Positions 38,093 through 46,969 of a stretch of 64,000 bases of DNA are shown one piece after another. The notes beneath the pieces were generated by a model. The model saw only the letters and a program-made list of their open reading frames with translations. It had not been told where the DNA came from and made no database searches. Position 1 is the stretch's first letter. Every line of letters begins with the position of its first letter. This DNA comes from an uncultured Acidobacteriota bacterium (GTDB taxonomy: Bacteria; Acidobacteriota; Terriglobia; Acidiferrales; UBA7541): the NCBI GenBank assembly GCA_963841235.1, contig CAWJBU010000002.1:321274-385273 (forward strand). The letters run 5' to 3'. Both the position numbers and the translations under genes were made by a program.

Positions 38093-38424
38093 TGGCGCAA
38101 CGCTATATCCCGGAAGCTGGGGATATTGTCTGGCTGAATTTCACGCCGAATGTGGGGCACGAGCAGGCCGGGCATCGTCCCGCGCTGGTGCTGAGCCCGG
38201 CGGCATATAACGGCAAGACGGATTTGATGATTTGCTGTCCGATGACCACGCAGATCAAGGGCTATCCTTTTGAGGTTGTCATTGCCGGAACGCCGCCGAG
38301 CGCAGTGTTGGCCGACCAGGTGAAGAGCCTGGATTGGCGGCGTCGCAAGGCCAGAAAGAAAGGCGTCGTCTCTGCGGAGGAGTTGGCGGAGGTGCGCGGC
38401 AAGATTGTGGCTTTGATTGGATAG
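38092..38424 (+). CDS. mazF: Type II toxin, MazF/PemK-family endoribonuclease
   Basis: 'YIPEAGDIVWLNFTPNVGHEQAGHRPALVLSPAAYNGKTDLMICCPMTTQIKGYPFEV...VLADQVKSLDW'. Confidence 0.9.
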   Translation: MAQRYIPEAGDIVWLNFTPNVGHEQAGHRPALVLSPAAYNGKTDLMICCPMTTQIKGYPFEVVIAGTPPSAVLADQVKSLDWRRRKARKKGVVSAEELAEVRGKIVALIG

Positions 38425-38434
38425 GTCAGAAGTG

Positions 38435-38486
38435 GTCGAAAAGCCCCACCCGCAACGACGGCGGATGGGGCACCCCACGCGCGGGC
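38435..38486 (+). repeat. 52-nt hairpin repeat, copy 2
   Basis: 'gtcgaaaagccccacccgcaacgacggcggatggggcaccccacgcgcgggc', starting 11 nt after the mazF stop. Confidence 0.85.
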
Positions 38487-38571
38487 CGCTTTGGCAATCC
38501 CGCTTTTCGTGTACCTTACCCGTTTCGCGAGATGAGGATCGGCTACTCCGCATCACCGATAGGAGGAATTC

Positions 38572-39150
38572 ATGAGAGTGTTCGCGATGCTTGTTGCCTT
38601 GCTCGCTGCCGGTGCGTTTGCGCAAGCTCCGAAGCAGAAGGCGCCGGCGAGCCCAGGGACCGAAAATCCGCCACACGCGGCGGCGCTCCCTCCGGGCTGG
38701 ACGGACCAACTCGCCACGCGCCATGAAGCGATTTACACGGAGAAGACCAGAATTCACGTTCTGCGGTTGCGGCCCGGGGATGATTTGCTGGAGGCGATTC
38801 GTGCGTACGTGCAGGCCAAGCATATTCAGGCTGCGGTGGTGCTGAGTGCGGTCGGTAGCCTCACACAGGCGTCGATTCGCTATGCTAATCGGCCGGATGC
38901 GAGTGTTCGGACGGGACACTTTGAAATCGTTTCGATCACCGGCACAGTGGAAGAGGGAGGCGAGCATGTTCATCTCTCGATCTCCACGGAACAAGGCGAG
39001 ACCATTGGAGGGCACCTCGTGATCGGGTGCAAAATTTATACCACCGCAGAGGTGACGCTCGAGGAGCTAGAGGGCGTGCGCTTTGCGCGCGAACTCGACA
39101 AAGAAGGCAGCGGCTGGGAGGAGTTGAAAGTATATCCAGTGAATCAGTAG
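38572..39150 (+). CDS. PPC (DUF296) domain protein with a predicted signal peptide
   Basis: AGGAGGAA RBS and 'MRVFAMLVALLAAGAFAQA' signal. The PPC block is 'IHVLRLRPGDDLLEAIRAYV...AVVLSAVGSL...GHFEIVSITGTV...HVHLSIS...GGHL'. Confidence 0.75.
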   Translation: MRVFAMLVALLAAGAFAQAPKQKAPASPGTENPPHAAALPPGWTDQLATRHEAIYTEKTRIHVLRLRPGDDLLEAIRAYVQAKHIQAAVVLSAVGSLTQASIRYANRPDASVRTGHFEIVSITGTVEEGGEHVHLSISTEQGETIGGHLVIGCKIYTTAEVTLEELEGVRFARELDKEGSGWEELKVYPVNQ

Positions 39151-39172
39151 ACGCGCAGTGCGGCGTCAAGTC

Positions 39173-41515
39173 CTACGTGGGCATTTTCAGAAAGAAGTAA
39201 ACGGCCAGGAAAAAGAAGATGGCGTCGGGGGACCAGCCTGCCAGCAGCGGCGGTAATTGACCGGCGGCACCCATGGCTTCGAATAGGGCTGCGATGGCCC
39301 AGTAGACGATTGTGATGCCTACCGCTAACGCGATGCCGCCGACGGCGCCTCTGGTGCCTACCAGGAAGGCGAATGGGGCGCTCAGGAAAATCACAATCGC
39401 GGCGATTACTGGGAACGCGAATTTCTTGTGCCATTGCACCGTGAGGCGCGAGGTGTCGAAGCCGGCTTGTTGCAGACCGCGGATGTACTCGGCTAGCTGA
39501 CGCCAATTCATTTGGTACGACTGGCGCACTTCACGCTTGAAATAGCTGGGCGGCTCGACGAGTTCGGGCAGGGATGTGGCTTTGAAAGGGACGTAGCTTT
39601 TTACCCGGCCGCCGTCGAAATCGCGGATCCAGCCGGCTTCGAGGACCCAGGCGTTGAGCGGCGGTTCCCAGCGGGCGCGCGTGGCGAAGATGCGGCGGCG
39701 AAGCTGGAATGTGGCGGGGTCGAGTTCGAAGACGCTCAGTCCGCCGAAGAGATCGTGATCCGCGTCGAAGACTTCGTAGTTAAAGACCTTGGTGTTCTCG
39801 CCGAATATCCATTCATGGGCTGGGTGGAAGTAGGTCTGCGCGGGGCGTCCTTTGATTTGATTCCGTAGAGCATCCTGGCGTTGATTGGCGTACGGGAGAT
39901 AAGTGTCGTCGAGGAGGAACATTCCGCCGGCGAGAACGACGCCCGCGAGCACGAGCGGCAGGCAGAGGCGATAGAGGCTTACGCCGCTGGCTTTGAAGGC
40001 GGTGACTTCGTTGTTCTTCGCGAGCATTCCCAGGGTGACGAGCGTCGCGACCAGAGCGGCTAGCGGGGCGAGTTGATACACCATCAGAGGAACGAGGAAG
40101 CGGAAGTAATTTACGACCAAGGCGATCGGTGCGTGATTGCGGGCGATATCGCCGAGGAGATCGAAGAGGGTGAAGGCGTCGAAGATGACGAGGAAGCCGC
40201 CGAGCAGCAGGACGAAATAGTAGAAGAAGGTGCGGAGGATGTAGATGTCGAAGAGCAGCGGAAAGGCGGCTTGGGCGCCTCCGGCGACGGCGGCGTGCTT
40301 CGCTACCAGGCCGTTTCTGATGCTGACGGGGCCGTTGGAGGTGGCCACGGCCGCGACGCGCTGAGCGGGTTGGCGCTTCTGGCGCATCGCACTCCAGGCG
40401 TCCCAGGCCTGGCTGAAGACGGTTTGGCCGCGGGCTTGCTCGATGCCGCGAAAGAGATAGAGAGCGAGAACGGTGGCGAGGATATTGGCGGTCCAGACGC
40501 CGATAATGGGCGAGACTTTACCGATTTGGGCGTAGTGAGCGCCCGCTACGAAAACGAAATAGTAGCCCGAAATGAGAACGAGGGTAAGGACGAAACCTGC
40601 GGCGCGGCCGCCGCGGCGCGGACGGACGCCGACGGTTACGCCGAGTAGCGCGAAGACCAAGCAGGCGGCGGGGAAGGCCAGGCGGCGCTGAAATTCGGTT
40701 TGCGCGGTGAGCGATGGCGTGGCACCAGACGAGGCGAGGAGTCCCCGGGTGGGTTGTTCGGCATCGCTTAGATTGGTGCGTGTCCGCGAGGCTGCCGAGG
40801 AAACCTGGACGGGCAAATCGCTCGAGCCGAAGGTGGTGACGTTGTAATGCACCGGCTCGTGGGGATCGAATTGGTGAGTGGTGCCGGGGCCGAGGTGCAG
40901 CTCGAAGTTGCTGCGATCGTTGCCGGCAATTACAATGGCGTCCTCGGCCAGCGTAAGATGCGAGCCGGCCTCTGCATCCGATTCCGCCAGGAAGACGCCG
41001 TGCCAGCGCGCGGCGGTCGCTTCCACATCCTGAACGTAAAGAACGAGGTGAGGGAATCGTTCGTCGAATACGCGCGGCTGAACGGCGAAGGGCGCTTGGG
41101 CGGAGAGCATATCGGCTTCGAGCGAATGGAACGTGCGGAGAGAGAGCGGGCCGAGCCAGAGCGTGACGAGAAGCGTAAGCACGCCGAATCCGGTGGCGAC
41201 TACGCCGACGGGAACGAGCAGGCGGCGAAGGCCGATGCCGGAAGCATTGAGCGCGGTGATTTCGCTATCGGCGGAGAGACGCCCGAGGCCGATGAGGACG
41301 CCGACTAACGTGGCCATGGGGAGCGTGAAAGCGAGGACGGGCGTTAGTGAGCACAGGAACAGCAGGGCGATGCTGCTTGCATCGCTCGAATGGCGGACAA
41401 TGAGCTCCATGAGCCGGACGAGCTGCGGCACGAAGAAAACAAATGTGAAAATGGCCAGGCCCAGTAGCGAATGGGAGAAGACTTCGCGGCAGATGTATTT
41501 GTCGAGGATGCGCAT
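39173..41515 (-). CDS. LptF/LptG-family (YjgP/YjgQ) LPS-export permease, two modules fused in one 780-aa ORF
   Basis: Module 1 starts 'MRILDKYICREVFSHSLLGLAIFTFVFF'. Module 2 restarts at about aa 415 with 'FDIYILRTFFYYFVLLLGGFLVIF'. Each module has its own periplasmic insert and C-terminal TM bundle. Confidence 0.85.
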   Translation of the reverse strand: MRILDKYICREVFSHSLLGLAIFTFVFFVPQLVRLMELIVRHSSDASSIALLFLCSLTPVLAFTLPMATLVGVLIGLGRLSADSEITALNASGIGLRRLLVPVGVVATGFGVLTLLVTLWLGPLSLRTFHSLEADMLSAQAPFAVQPRVFDERFPHLVLYVQDVEATAARWHGVFLAESDAEAGSHLTLAEDAIVIAGNDRSNFELHLGPGTTHQFDPHEPVHYNVTTFGSSDLPVQVSSAASRTRTNLSDAEQPTRGLLASSGATPSLTAQTEFQRRLAFPAACLVFALLGVTVGVRPRRGGRAAGFVLTLVLISGYYFVFVAGAHYAQIGKVSPIIGVWTANILATVLALYLFRGIEQARGQTVFSQAWDAWSAMRQKRQPAQRVAAVATSNGPVSIRNGLVAKHAAVAGGAQAAFPLLFDIYILRTFFYYFVLLLGGFLVIFDAFTLFDLLGDIARNHAPIALVVNYFRFLVPLMVYQLAPLAALVATLVTLGMLAKNNEVTAFKASGVSLYRLCLPLVLAGVVLAGGMFLLDDTYLPYANQRQDALRNQIKGRPAQTYFHPAHEWIFGENTKVFNYEVFDADHDLFGGLSVFELDPATFQLRRRIFATRARWEPPLNAWVLEAGWIRDFDGGRVKSYVPFKATSLPELVEPPSYFKREVRQSYQMNWRQLAEYIRGLQQAGFDTSRLTVQWHKKFAFPVIAAIVIFLSAPFAFLVGTRGAVGGIALAVGITIVYWAIAALFEAMGAAGQLPPLLAGWSPDAIFFFLAVYFFLKMPT

Positions 41516-41566
41516 ATCAGCGCGGGGTCATTCTAGCATGATGCTGGAGGCAGGCTTGCGGGATGT

Positions 41567-43765
41567 GTGGCGGTGAGGACCGTTCACGTCGTTTTGATCT
41601 GGCACATGCACCAGCCGCAGTACCGCGACCCGGCGACGGGAAGCTACGTGCTGCCGTGGACGCGCTTGCACGCGTTGAAGGATTACTGGGGAATGGTGAA
41701 GATCATGGAGGAATTCCCCAGCGTGCATGCGACGTTCAACGTGGTGCCGTCGCTCGCGGCGCAGATTGAGGATTATGCGAGCGGGCGATTCAAGGAGCCG
41801 TGGTTCGACGCAGCGTTTGCGGCGGCGGAAACGCTGACGGCGGAGCAGAAAGCGGAAATACTCGAGCGCGCGTTTCAATTGAATCACGACAATTTGATGT
41901 CGCGCTGGCCGCGATACGTGGATTTGTTCCGGCAGGTGCAGACTTCCGGAGCGCAAACGGCGACGGCGCATTTCAGCGCCGGAGACTGGCGCGACTTGCA
42001 GGTGCTGTCGCAGTTGGCATGGATGGACGAGGAATATTTCACGCGCGATCCAGTCATTTCGGCGCTCTCTGAGAAAGGCAAACATTTCACCGAGAAGCAG
42101 AAGGCGTCTCTGCGGGCAAAGCAGATGGAATTGCTGGCTGCGGTTTTGCCGGAGTATCGCATCGCGGCGGAGCGAGCGCAGATCGAAATTTCCACCACGC
42201 CGTTCTATCACCCAATTCTGCCGCTGATCTGCGATACCGATGTCGCGCGCGTGGCCAATGCGAATTCGCCCTTGCCGCAACCGGCATTTCGTTACCCGGA
42301 AGATGCGCGAGAGCAGCTTGCGCGGTCGCGTAGCTTCCACGAGCAAAGATTCGGAAAGCCGCCGGCGGGGCTGTGGCCTTCGGAGGGATCGGTCTCGGAT
42401 CAGACGCTGGAAATCGCGGCAGAGATGGGCTTCCGCTGGTTTGCGACGGACGAGGGAGTGCTGGGGCGGACTCGAAGCGTCGGCTTCTGGCGCGACGCGC
42501 ATGGTTATCCGGAAAATGCGGACCATCTTTATTCGCCGTGGCGCTGGCGGCGCGGCGGGCGCGAGATTGTGGGATTCTTCCGCGACCACTACCTTTCGGA
42601 TCTACTCGGCTTTGTCTATAGCCGCATGGATGCTGAGGCCGCGGCCGCCGATCTGCACCGGCGCATCCGGCTGATTGGCGAGCGGTGGACAGCGGCGCGA
42701 CCGCCGACATTGAGCTTGATCCTCGATGGGGAAAATGCCTGGGAGTATTACCACGGGAATGGCCGCGATTTTCTGCGCCGGTTTTATGCGCGCATGCAGG
42801 CCGATCCGGATATCAAGCCGCTCACGGCGAGCGAAGCAATCGAGGCGGCGGGTGAGATTCCAGTTACCGAGGGGATTTTTCCCGGCTCGTGGATCAACGC
42901 GAACTTCGATGTGTGGATCGGCGATCCAGAAGATGTGCGCGCGTGGGAGATGTTGACGCGGGCGCGCGAGGTTTATGCCAAGGCGCTGGGCGATGTGTCG
43001 CGAGAGGGCGGGAAGCAGCGCTCGCCCGTCGATCTGGCGCATGCTTTCGAATCGATTCTGGCTGCGGAGGGCAGCGATTGGTGCTGGTGGTATGGGCCGG
43101 AGCACGGCTCGGCGAACGATGCGGAATTCGATGCGCTCTACCGCAAGCATCTGACGGAGGTGTACGCCGCGCTCGGCGAGGAAGTGCCGGACGAGCTGAC
43201 GCATCCGATCAAGCGTCGCGCGGAAATTGCGCGGCGCGAGGAACCTTCGGAATATTTGCACGTGAAGGTGGACGGCCGCGAGACAACCTATTTCGAATGG
43301 CTGGGCGCGGGATATTACGCGAGCGACCGGCAGACCAGCGCGATGCACGGGCGGATGTTCGTCATCGGCGGATTCATGTGGGGATTCGATGACCAGCATC
43401 TGTTCCTTCGCCTGGACCTGATTCCGGAAATGGCCAAGGAGTTCAAGGAGTACGAAATTCGCGTGACGGCTTGGGATGCGCGGGAAATGCGGCTGACGCT
43501 GAATTTCCGCGAGCAAAAGCTGGCGGGAATTACGCTCGAGCAAGGCGGCCTTTGCTTTCTGCATCCGGAAGAAATGGTGGCCGCGGCGGCGGGAAAGATT
43601 ATCGAGTTGTCGCTGGAGCGGCGGCTGTTTGAGGTGAAGGGACGGAGATCGCTGCTGCTGCGCGCGGCGGTGTGGGAAAGCGGATTGCCGGTGGATGTTG
43701 TTCCGGCAGAGGGATATTTGGAGATTCCCCTCGGTGAAGCGGCGTGTTCGTGGAAGACCGAGTAG
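41567..43765 (+). CDS. Glycoside hydrolase family 57 protein (alpha-glucan-active)
   Basis: GTG start. 'VVLIWHMHQPQYRD...LPWTRLHALKDYWGM' is the GH57 N-terminal signature, with 'GLWPSEGSVS' and 'DGENAWEYY' further on. 732 aa. Confidence 0.88.
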   Translation: MAVRTVHVVLIWHMHQPQYRDPATGSYVLPWTRLHALKDYWGMVKIMEEFPSVHATFNVVPSLAAQIEDYASGRFKEPWFDAAFAAAETLTAEQKAEILERAFQLNHDNLMSRWPRYVDLFRQVQTSGAQTATAHFSAGDWRDLQVLSQLAWMDEEYFTRDPVISALSEKGKHFTEKQKASLRAKQMELLAAVLPEYRIAAERAQIEISTTPFYHPILPLICDTDVARVANANSPLPQPAFRYPEDAREQLARSRSFHEQRFGKPPAGLWPSEGSVSDQTLEIAAEMGFRWFATDEGVLGRTRSVGFWRDAHGYPENADHLYSPWRWRRGGREIVGFFRDHYLSDLLGFVYSRMDAEAAAADLHRRIRLIGERWTAARPPTLSLILDGENAWEYYHGNGRDFLRRFYARMQADPDIKPLTASEAIEAAGEIPVTEGIFPGSWINANFDVWIGDPEDVRAWEMLTRAREVYAKALGDVSREGGKQRSPVDLAHAFESILAAEGSDWCWWYGPEHGSANDAEFDALYRKHLTEVYAALGEEVPDELTHPIKRRAEIARREEPSEYLHVKVDGRETTYFEWLGAGYYASDRQTSAMHGRMFVIGGFMWGFDDQHLFLRLDLIPEMAKEFKEYEIRVTAWDAREMRLTLNFREQKLAGITLEQGGLCFLHPEEMVAAAAGKIIELSLERRLFEVKGRRSLLLRAAVWESGLPVDVVPAEGYLEIPLGEAACSWKTE

Positions 43766-43791
43766 GGGAGGGTCTAAAGACCCTCCTCTAC
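43762..43791. repeat. Palindromic REP-like element GTAGGGGAGGGTCT-AA-AGACCCTCCTCTAC
   Basis: 14-bp stem with one mismatch and GTAG/CTAC at both ends. The GH57 TAG stop codon is part of the GTAG head. Confidence 0.8.
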
Positions 43792-43829
43792 AATTGCCTT
43801 GCAGATTCGCGTGCTAAGATTGCGGCGCT

Positions 43830-46577
43830 ATGACGGATGCGCAGCCGTTTTCCGGGCGGACCATTTCCCATTACCGCGTGCTCGAAAAAATCGGCGGCGG
43901 CGGTATGGGCGTCGTGTATAAGGCTGAAGACACGAAGCTCAAGCGGCTGGTGGCACTCAAATTCCTTCCTGAAAATGTGGGCAAAGATCATGTGACGCTG
44001 GAGCGGTTCCGGCGCGAAGCGCAGGCGGCTTCGGCGATCAACCATCCGAATATCTGCACCATTTACGACATTGATGAAATGGATGGCATGCCGTTTATCG
44101 CCATGGAATTGCTGGCGGGCGAGACGCTGAAGCATCGCATGAGCGGCAAGGTTCTGAAGCTAGATGCGCTGCTGGAAATTGCCAGCGGCGTGGCAAAAGG
44201 GCTTGATGCGGCGCATTCGCGCGGAATCATTCACCGGGATCTGAAGCCGGGAAATATTTTTATTAGCGCGGAGGACGAGGCCAAGATTCTCGATTTCGGC
44301 TTGGCAAAGCAGATTACGAAGCGCGAAGAGAACGCAACGCTTTCTCTCGATGCGGGGCCGATGGAAGACGATGCGAATCTCACCAGCCCAGGTGCGGCGC
44401 TCGGCACGGTGGCCTATATGTCGCCCGAGCAAGTGCTCGGCGAGCCACTGGACGCACGCAGCGATCTTTTTTCTTTTGGACTCGTGCTGTACGAAATGGC
44501 CACGGCGCGGCAAGCATTCACGGGAAATACGGCAGGCTCGATTTTTCACGCGATTCTGGAGCGCGAGCCGGTTCCGGCGGCGCAAGTGAATCCGCAATTG
44601 CCGGCGGAGCTCGATCGCATTATTGGCAAAGCGCTGGAGAAGGATCTCAAGTTGCGTTACCAGACCGCCCGGGATCTTGTCGCGGATTTGCAGAGGTTGA
44701 AAAGAGATACCGAGTCGGGGTCGGTGGCGCGGGGATTGGGCGGGGCGGCCTCACTCGATCAAGCGAAAGATGAAGCTGCCGGGCTTACGCCCGGCGCTAC
44801 ACAGTCCGGGCGACGCTTGGGCATCTTCGTTGGCGTGGGATTAGGCTTGCTCGCAATTTTAGGTGCTGCGGCGCTTCTGATTTATCCGCTTATGCATCGC
44901 GAACCTCCGCTGCCGTTTCAACATTTCACGGCGGCGCGGATCACGAATTCCGGCAAAGTCACGAAGACGGCCATTTCCGCGGATGGGCGCTACGTCCTCA
45001 ACGTCGTCAAGGACAAGGCGCGCGAGAGCTTGTGGCTGTTCAACGTGGGCACGGGCAGCAACACCCAAATTACTGCGCCAGAACCGCTCTACATTATCGA
45101 TCCCGTGTTTTCGCCGGACGGCGACTACGTTTACTACCGCAGGGCTACGGACCAGACCCTGGAATCGTTTGATTTGCTGCGCGTGCCGGTTCTCGGCGGC
45201 GCGGCTCAAATCGTGATTCGCAATGTGGACGGCGGAGTGGCATTTTCGCCCGACGCCAAGCGCATGGTCTTCATCCGCTTGAACGACCCCGAACTGGGCA
45301 AGTACTACATTTTGAGCGCAAACCCGGACGGGAGCGACGAACAGATACTGTTGGCCGAACCAACTCTATCGGCGAACACTATTTCGTGGTCGCCGGACGG
45401 AAAGCGCATCGCCGACGCCATCTATTCCAAGGGCGGTGCCGCCACGGTGCTGCGCATTTTTGATTTAGCGGCGAAAAAGAGCAGCGAGCTGGCCAAATTC
45501 GGCGATCGCGATATTCAGGCTTTGAGCTGGGCGCCGGATGGTCGCGGAGTTTTCATCAATTACCGGCTGCGCACGGCTTCGCCGATCGCCGGGCAGATCG
45601 GCTACGTATCATTTCCCGGCGGAGCGATGCATGAATTGACCAACGACCTGAATGGTTATCAGGGATTGGGCGTATCGAAAGACGGGAAATCGATCGCCAC
45701 GGTTCAGATGCAAGCGACCGACAAGATCCTGCTGCAGGACGCGGCCGGAGGCAAGAGCACCGGGAGCGTGCCGCTGCCCAGCCAGGAAATGATCGTGGCG
45801 TTCGATTGGCTGAACGACAAGGAAATGTTGATTGCCGACATTCATTCCGCGAGGCGGATCAATATAGATGGCTCAGCCTCGACGACGCTTACGAGCGATC
45901 CGAACGCGAACCTACTGGATGTGGTGCACTGCGGTTCGTATGCGTTGGTGGAATGGCAGTTCAAGAATAATGCCAACACGCTGGATATTTGGCGCATGGA
46001 TTTGGATGGCCGCAACCTGAAACAGATCAGCCACGGCGAGTATGATTCCTGGGCGGTGTGCTCCCACGATGAGAAATCGGTTTATTACTACGATCAGGCC
46101 GACGCGAAATTTGTGATGCGCATCTCCATTGATGGCGGAGCGGCGGAGCGCCTACCGTTCCCAACCCACGGAAGCATCATGCTGGGGCTGAATGGGCTGG
46201 GCATTTCGCGCGACGGCAAATGGATGGCGATCAGCGGTGCGGACCTGGGCTCGACTGCCGCCGTCGGCCGCGTCTGGCTGATTGGGCTTGACGACAATTC
46301 CAACGCGCCCATGCGCATGCTTACTCCCGACCCGCGCTTCGTGAATCAGCTTCGGGTTACTCGCGACGGGAACTTTGTGACCTACGTGATCAGCGATCAA
46401 GGCGCCAAGAGCTTGTGGGCCCAGCCCGTGGATGGCGGCCCGGGGCACGCCATCACCGAGGGCGACGAGGACGATCTGTGGGATTACCGATGGTCGCCCG
46501 ATGCCAAGACCCTCGGCATTCAACGAAAACATTTCCAGGCCGATGTTGTGCTGCTGAAAGATACTTCCGCTCCGTAA
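43830..46577 (+). CDS. Ser/Thr protein kinase fused to TolB-like beta-propeller repeats (paralog of 5252-7951)
   Basis: '[25 protein letters not shown]', 'HRDLKPGNIF', 'DFGLAK', a TM segment 'LGIFVGVGLGLLAILGAAALLIY', then 'SPDG' repeat blades. 915 aa. Confidence 0.92.
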   Translation: MTDAQPFSGRTISHYRVLEKIGGGGMGVVYKAEDTKLKRLVALKFLPENVGKDHVTLERFRREAQAASAINHPNICTIYDIDEMDGMPFIAMELLAGETLKHRMSGKVLKLDALLEIASGVAKGLDAAHSRGIIHRDLKPGNIFISAEDEAKILDFGLAKQITKREENATLSLDAGPMEDDANLTSPGAALGTVAYMSPEQVLGEPLDARSDLFSFGLVLYEMATARQAFTGNTAGSIFHAILEREPVPAAQVNPQLPAELDRIIGKALEKDLKLRYQTARDLVADLQRLKRDTESGSVARGLGGAASLDQAKDEAAGLTPGATQSGRRLGIFVGVGLGLLAILGAAALLIYPLMHREPPLPFQHFTAARITNSGKVTKTAISADGRYVLNVVKDKARESLWLFNVGTGSNTQITAPEPLYIIDPVFSPDGDYVYYRRATDQTLESFDLLRVPVLGGAAQIVIRNVDGGVAFSPDAKRMVFIRLNDPELGKYYILSANPDGSDEQILLAEPTLSANTISWSPDGKRIADAIYSKGGAATVLRIFDLAAKKSSELAKFGDRDIQALSWAPDGRGVFINYRLRTASPIAGQIGYVSFPGGAMHELTNDLNGYQGLGVSKDGKSIATVQMQATDKILLQDAAGGKSTGSVPLPSQEMIVAFDWLNDKEMLIADIHSARRINIDGSASTTLTSDPNANLLDVVHCGSYALVEWQFKNNANTLDIWRMDLDGRNLKQISHGEYDSWAVCSHDEKSVYYYDQADAKFVMRISIDGGAAERLPFPTHGSIMLGLNGLGISRDGKWMAISGADLGSTAAVGRVWLIGLDDNSNAPMRMLTPDPRFVNQLRVTRDGNFVTYVISDQGAKSLWAQPVDGGPGHAITEGDEDDLWDYRWSPDAKTLGIQRKHFQADVVLLKDTSAP

Positions 46578-46601
46578 CGCCGGCTGCCAGCCGGCGTTTT
46601 T
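46574..46601 (+). terminator. REP-type hairpin plus T5, likely the intrinsic terminator of the kinase gene
   Basis: 'GTAA' head overlapping the TAA stop. The stem CGCCGGCTG/CAGCCGGCG (46578-46596) is perfect, and TTTTT (46597-46601) follows. Confidence 0.8.
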
Positions 46602-46758
46602 GTTCGCACGCGGCGGTACGTAAGCGCACAAGATAGAAGTGGAGGCGTGCTTCGTCACGGATTGAAGGGAATCGGAGTGCGAGAACCTTCGATCAGAATA
46701 CCCACGGCGGCACCGGCGGTCCCAAGTAAATTGTCATCGAGATAGTGCCGCGCAAAAA

Positions 46759-46781
46759 CGCCGGCTGGCAGCCGGCGCTAC
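46759..46781 (-). repeat. REP-like hairpin, inverted copy (minus strand: GTAGCGCCGGCTGCCAGCCGGCG + T5)
   Basis: Same 19-nt core as 46578-46596 on the opposite strand, with its A5/T5 tract at 46754-46758. No minus-strand gene ends here. Confidence 0.8.
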
Positions 46782-46969
46782 GGAGTTCCACCGCAGATTT
46801 ACCTACGTAATCATGCATGCCTCGATGTGATTGACTTTGCTTCGCCGCAGCGCGACATTCCTCGGGCTCCCTCTCCTTCGGCATTGCGAGGGAAGTACAA
46901 ATATTTTGGGGCTTGCTTGTTCGGAAGCCTCGCCCATTCTGCCGGCGCTGGCTGCCGGCTTAGGGCCTC

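Noticed and set aside
41528-43564. Long minus-strand ORFs 41528-42589 and 42602-43564.
   Set aside because: They are antisense to the GH57 gene, which carries clear family signatures. Their own translations are Arg/Pro/Leu-rich with no motifs.
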